64,000 bases of DNA from Kiritimatiellia bacterium (GTDB taxonomy: Bacteria; Verrucomicrobiota; Kiritimatiellia; RFP12; DVOR01): contig JAVBMC010000028.1 in assembly GCA_031552845.1 (NCBI GenBank), positions 72,394 through 136,393 of the forward strand. The letters run 5' to 3'. Below, piece by piece: positions 59,880-64,000 of the stretch (position 1 is its first letter; each line of letters opens with the position of its first letter). A model generated the notes under the pieces. It had not been told where the DNA came from, made no database searches, and worked only from the letters and a program-made list of their open reading frames with translations. The translations under genes and the position numbers were made by a program.

Positions 59880-60536
59880 TTACACCCGCCGACGCAACGC
59901 CAGCAATACTCCACCAACAGCCAACAACGCCATCGTCGCCGGTTCCGGAACCGGTTCCCAAGGGGGAGTAAAAGTAAAAGTGACTGTGATTATTGGATTT
60001 TCTTTATCTTCATCAACGAGGGGATTGGAAATAACGATCCAATCCGTAGCATTTTTAATGTCCTTCGCGTTGAATGCAATCATAAAAAAAAGTCCCTCGT
60101 TTACAGAGTTAAGAGACGGTTGGGACGGTGCTTCAGTTGTTGGTGCCCTATCGGTTACCTCGATCCAACGTTCAGGATGCCAAACTTCGATGGCACCGGG
60201 GTTACCATTGTACTCAATCTCTTGCCAACTCCAAACATTCAGCTTGAGATGTCCGGCAGTGCCTTGGGCAAACTCTCCAGCGTTAAACTGTGCAATGCCA
60301 TACACAAGAGCCGGGGTGTCCAAGGTTGTTTTGCCATTTGCATCGCGTGAAACAACCGGCACCGGGTAATCATCCCATGCGGCATCAAAACCGTTATAAA
60401 CCAATGCTACGGTGTAATTGGCATACTGAGAATAGTCTGCGGTATAGACGATATTCCAATTGACTTCTCCAGCCATTAAAGCCTGACACGCAAACAACCC
60501 CAAACACGCCGCAAATACATGATACGCTTTCATCAT
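59880..60536 (-). CDS. PEP-CTERM domain secreted protein, paralog A
   Basis: Signal peptide MMKAYHVFAACLGLFACQALMA. C-terminus ...VPEPATMALLAVGGVLLALRRRV (PEP motif, TM helix and basic tail: the exosortase sorting signal). Confidence 0.85.
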   Translation of the reverse strand: MMKAYHVFAACLGLFACQALMAGEVNWNIVYTADYSQYANYTVALVYNGFDAAWDDYPVPVVSRDANGKTTLDTPALVYGIAQFNAGEFAQGTAGHLKLNVWSWQEIEYNGNPGAIEVWHPERWIEVTDRAPTTEAPSQPSLNSVNEGLFFMIAFNAKDIKNATDWIVISNPLVDEDKENPIITVTFTFTPPWEPVPEPATMALLAVGGVLLALRRRV

Positions 60537-60547
60537 CTCTCTTTCGC

Positions 60548-61234
60548 TTACACCCGTCGGCGCAAGGCCAGCAATGCAAACCCCACCCCAAGCAACGTTG
60601 CCGTCGCCGGTTCCGGAATCGTCACCCAAGGAGCTGCTGCTGGGTCAAACGTGAACTTCGTATAAATCGTCTCAGATGTATCTTGATCGTCGTGATCGTC
60701 TGAGCTATACATATCATTCAATACAGCATACGCCGTTGCGTCATCAATATTTTTAGCATTAAACGCAATCAGGTAATACATGCGAGAGTCACCGGTGCCA
60801 GTACTATTGCCTGCTTCAGAGGGTGCCTCAGTTGTAGGGTTTTCGCCAGTTGCTTCTGTCCAGCGCTCCGGATGAAAAACATCAATGGATCCAGGCTCAA
60901 AGGCTTGCGGCATTAGTCCCCATTCGTCAACATTCAACGAGATATTCCCCGCACCTCCGCTATTGGCAAATTCCGAACTGTTGAATTGTGCTATCCCATA
61001 TACAAGAGCGTGCGTGTCGAGAATTGTCTCGCCATTTTCATTACGTGAAACCGTCGGGGGCGGATCACGATAGACCGCCGCCCAAAACCCGTTATAGACC
61101 AGAGCAACGGTATAATTTTCATATTGAGCATAGGGTGCTGCGTTGTAGATCAGGCTCCAACTGACTTCTCCAGCGTGTGCAGCCGCCACTCCAAATAACA
61201 AGGCGCCGAGGAAACATGCACTACATTTTTTCAT
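60548..61234 (-). CDS. PEP-CTERM domain secreted protein, paralog B
   Basis: MKKCSACFLGALLFGVAAAHA, with C-terminus ...IPEPATATLLGVGFALLALRRRV. ~55% identical to paralog A across the mature region. Confidence 0.85.
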   Translation of the reverse strand: MKKCSACFLGALLFGVAAAHAGEVSWSLIYNAAPYAQYENYTVALVYNGFWAAVYRDPPPTVSRNENGETILDTHALVYGIAQFNSSEFANSGGAGNISLNVDEWGLMPQAFEPGSIDVFHPERWTEATGENPTTEAPSEAGNSTGTGDSRMYYLIAFNAKNIDDATAYAVLNDMYSSDDHDDQDTSETIYTKFTFDPAAAPWVTIPEPATATLLGVGFALLALRRRV

Positions 61235-61262
61235 GAACACCACTTTTAATTGCATAAGAGGG

Positions 61263-61295
61263 GCGAATTATAGAATTACCTTGCCAATAGTCAAG
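61263..61295 (-). promoter_or_regulatory. Consensus sigma70 promoter for the PEP-CTERM gene pair (-35 TTGACT, 16 bp, -10 TATAAT)
   Basis: The minus strand reads cTTGACTattggcaaggtaattcTATAATtcgcc, ~30 nt upstream of the start of gene B. Confidence 0.6.
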
Positions 61296-61391
61296 CTGAA
61301 ATGCCCGCTATTGTTCTGGATCGGAATTGTCTATTGGTTGCCCGGGTTGCCGTTGTGGCAAGGTACGTTGGCCCAAATGTTGCATGCCGCA

Positions 61392-62183
61392 TTATTTTTG
61401 CGTACGCAGGAGGTGTGCTTCGCCGGAGTCGATGGCGAGGCAGGTGCCATCGGATAAGAGCAGGCGGAGGGTACCGTCAGGATTGACGCCATCGGCCATG
61501 CCGGAGTAGAGCTTGCCGCCTTGGTTGACGGTGATGGATTTGCCGTACAGGGCGTCGCGCTGCGTGAAGTCACTCACAAGCGCGGCGAAACCTTCTGCTT
61601 GCCAACGCTGGTAAAGCGGCTCAAAGGCGGAGAGTGTTTCGGCGAGGCATTTTGCACGGTTGGCCTGTGTATGGGTTACTAAAGCCAAAGATGTGGCGAT
61701 GTCTTGCAGCTCTGCAGGGAATTCGGTTTGGTTGATGTTAATCCCAATACCAATCACAACCATTGGGCGGTCGTTAATTAAACGCATCTCGCAGAGGATG
61801 CCGCAGACTTTCTTACCGTCGAGCCAAATATCATTCGGCCATTTGACTTGCGGCTGGAGTCCATGTTCCTCTAACATCATCGCGACGGCGAGTCCGGCAA
61901 CGAGCGGCAGCGTGACAACTGTCTCGGGCGCGGTGGAGGGGTGGAGCAAAAAGGAGAAGTAAAGGTTTTGTCCCGCAGGGGAGTGCCACACACGGCCTTG
62001 GCGGCCTTGGCCTTGCGTTTGCGTATCGGCGGTGAGGCAATATCCTTCCGGCAGTTCGAGACCGGTTTCGAGGCGTGTGATGAGTTCGCGGTTGGTGGAG
62101 TCGAGTTCGGCAAAGCTCTCCCCCGTGCGTCCGATGAATCGCGTACGCAGCAGCGGCTGAAGAGCTTGGAAGAAATCAGTCAT
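61392..62183 (-). CDS. birA: Biotin--[acetyl-CoA-carboxylase] ligase
   Basis: BPL catalytic domain: ...GQGRQGRVWHSPAGQNLYFSFLL...KWPNDIWLDGKKVCGILCE... Confidence 0.85.
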   Translation of the reverse strand: MTDFFQALQPLLRTRFIGRTGESFAELDSTNRELITRLETGLELPEGYCLTADTQTQGQGRQGRVWHSPAGQNLYFSFLLHPSTAPETVVTLPLVAGLAVAMMLEEHGLQPQVKWPNDIWLDGKKVCGILCEMRLINDRPMVVIGIGININQTEFPAELQDIATSLALVTHTQANRAKCLAETLSAFEPLYQRWQAEGFAALVSDFTQRDALYGKSITVNQGGKLYSGMADGVNPDGTLRLLLSDGTCLAIDSGEAHLLRTQK

Positions 62184-63315
62184 GTTGACCCGGCAAGAGT
62201 GCGGTGTCCCAATCTTTCATCACGACATCATACCCCATGCGCGTGATGACGGCGGAGAGTTCTTCAAGCGAACGCTCGTCCGACACTTCAAACTGCGCAC
62301 CGCCCTCGGCCTCTTCCTGCTGGTAACCGCCGGGGGTTGTCTTGGCGCCTGCGGAGAGTTTGGTTGCGGCAATGTGCACGAGCTGTTCGCGGAAGCCTGC
62401 GGGTTCACGCGTGGAGATGGTCATGCAAGCTTCGGGCAGCTGCAGGCGCAACGCGGCCATGAGCTGGACGAACTCCGCATCACTCACCGGATAGGGTGGC
62501 GGCTCACCGCCGTCAGCCGGGCGGATGCGCGGAAAGGATAGCGCTGTGCTCTGCCGCCACTGCACGCGGCGCAAGTAGTCGGCGTGGAGGCCGAGATAAA
62601 AAGCTTCAATGCGCCAATCGGTGAGCCCGAGCAGTGCGCCGAGTCCGATGAATGTCATGCCGGCGTTGCAGGCACGTTCGACGGCATCAATGCGGTTGTC
62701 AAAGTTGGCCTTGGGCCCTGCGGGATGGTAGTGGCGGAAGGCTTCGCGGTCGTAAGTTTCTTGGAACATCGTGATACCGTCAATGCCCGCCGCGACCATA
62801 GCTTCGTAGTCGGTTTGTGATACCGCATAGATCTCGACGTTGATGGAGGCGAAGCGGGGACGGATGCGCCGTGCGAGTTCGACGAAGTAGGCCGGCGGTG
62901 TATTGACGAGGTCCTCCGAGGCTACTAACAGCAGATGAGCAAAACCTTTGTCGGCGAGGCAGTTGGCTTCGGCAACCGCTTCGTCGAGCGTGAGTGCCTT
63001 GCGCACAACGCCGGTCGAACGGCAGTTGAAGCCACAGTAGATGCAGGCATTGCAGCAGATGTTGGAGACATACAGCGGCACGAAGAATTGGATGGCGCGT
63101 CCGAAGTGGCTGCGGGTCAATCGCGCCGAGGTTTGCGCGAGCGGTTCGAGATAGGCGGCTGCGGATGGGGAGACCAGCGCGGCGAGGTTCTCAGGGACGA
63201 AGCGTCCGGCTTCGGCGAGTGCGCGTCGCACGCCGGCAACGTTGTCCTGCTGTTGGATAAGGACGCGTACGCGTTCAACAGGCCATTGGTTTAGAAGCTC
63301 CGAGAAGTGCGGCAT
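62176..63315 (-). CDS. thiH: Radical SAM 2-iminoacetate synthase ThiH (ThiH/HydG family)
   Basis: Strong colinear match to the ThiH pattern: LVSPSAAAYLEPLAQ, VPLYVSNICCNACIYCGF (CxxxCxxC), TMFQETY, LSFPRIRP, and a C-terminal ...VMKDWD. Confidence 0.8.
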   Translation of the reverse strand: MPHFSELLNQWPVERVRVLIQQQDNVAGVRRALAEAGRFVPENLAALVSPSAAAYLEPLAQTSARLTRSHFGRAIQFFVPLYVSNICCNACIYCGFNCRSTGVVRKALTLDEAVAEANCLADKGFAHLLLVASEDLVNTPPAYFVELARRIRPRFASINVEIYAVSQTDYEAMVAAGIDGITMFQETYDREAFRHYHPAGPKANFDNRIDAVERACNAGMTFIGLGALLGLTDWRIEAFYLGLHADYLRRVQWRQSTALSFPRIRPADGGEPPPYPVSDAEFVQLMAALRLQLPEACMTISTREPAGFREQLVHIAATKLSAGAKTTPGGYQQEEAEGGAQFEVSDERSLEELSAVITRMGYDVVMKDWDTALLPGQHD

Positions 63316-63327
63316 GGCAAGGCTCGT

Positions 63328-64000
63328 TTAGGAGGAGACGCGTGCGGCGATTTGCTTGAGCACGGTGTCAATCGCTTGGTCGAGCGGCAGTGGAATATCG
63401 CAGCCTGCCGCACGGGTATGCCCGCCGCCGCCGAAGTGCAGCGCTAAGTCCGCTGCGTCAAAAGGATCGCGGGTGCGGATGCTCATGCGGGTGACGTTGG
63501 GGTTATCGAGCGTTTGATAGAAGAAGAGCGCGACCTTGACTCCGGCCAAGCTGCGGGGAATTTCGATGACGTCTTCGGCATCGGACTTGTTGCCATTGAC
63601 CTCGCGGAAGTCTTGCGCAGTCAGCACCACGTAAGCGACGATGCCGTCAAGTGCGGTTTGGAAGGAGGCATAAGCGCGCTTCTTCAACTCGATCGCAGTG
63701 CGCGGGAAGGTGCAGTAAAGGCGGTCGTTGATCTGCGAAGTGCGCACGCCTTTTTCGACAAGCGTGCGGGCAACGCGCAGGGTGCGCGGGGAGGTCATGT
63801 CGTAAGCGAAGCGCCCGGTGTCAGTGATAAGCGAAACCCAGAGGGCCTCGGCTGTTTGCAGATCGATCTCCCATCCGGCGGCTTCGGCAAGGCAGAAGAT
63901 CAGCTCGCCTGTGGAGGAGGCATGCGTCTCAACCCAGTTCAACTCGGCGAAGCTGGTGTTAGTGCGGTGGTGGTCGATGCAGAGCGCGGGCTTGCCTTGG
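63328..64000 (-). CDS. DHH-family phosphoesterase (NrnA-like), C-terminal DHHA1 part; N-terminus beyond window end
   Basis: DHHA1 GGGH motif HFGGGGHTRAAGC. The ORF is open to the window edge. Confidence 0.7.
   Translation of the reverse strand, partial: QGKPALCIDHHRTNTSFAELNWVETHASSTGELIFCLAEAAGWEIDLQTAEALWVSLITDTGRFAYDMTSPRTLRVARTLVEKGVRTSQINDRLYCTFPRTAIELKKRAYASFQTALDGIVAYVVLTAQDFREVNGNKSDAEDVIEIPRSLAGVKVALFFYQTLDNPNVTRMSIRTRDPFDAADLALHFGGGGHTRAAGCDIPLPLDQAIDTVLKQIAARVSS

Overview
This is a high-GC (~60%) bacterial chromosomal segment that looks PVC-type (Verrucomicrobia-like). Evidence for that: two PEP-CTERM proteins, autotransporter-associated beta-strand-repeat/LamG giant secreted proteins, and Shine-Dalgarno sites of the form aggag. 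The first ~9 kb is a low-GC defense island on the minus strand. It holds a RloC/PrrC-like AAA ATPase with a CxxC zinc hook (partial, runs off the window start), a type I R-M hsdS and a long-form hsdM, an EVE/PUA-domain fusion protein and a RhuM-family protein. The EVE and RhuM genes are each driven by a copy of the same ~93-bp promoter cassette. The island ends in a ~1.5-kb AT-rich, repeat-dense non-coding stretch (8.8-10.4 kb). The rest of the window holds housekeeping genes: SAM methyltransferase, TM2 protein, cation:proton antiporter, mutL, an O-acetyl esterase / acyltransferase-3 / PHP-like hydrolase cluster, gyrB, nrdDG behind a cobalamin riboswitch, aroKB, ccsA, asd, rsmD, era, pfk, lysC, hom, birA, thiH and a partial DHH phosphoesterase. 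Between them lie a second low-GC island with three orphan secreted or membrane genes (18.7-21.8 kb) and a ~17-kb secreted-glycan-type locus. That locus has a 1280-aa protein, three tandem ~1070-aa LamG/beta-strand-repeat paralogs sharing a conserved C-terminal module, and a GH-A-type hydrolase. Three intergenic regions carry tandem arrays of 22-23-bp units built round short palindromes, each 60-200 bp upstream of a sigma70-like promoter. No tRNA, rRNA, CRISPR array, integrase or transposase was found.
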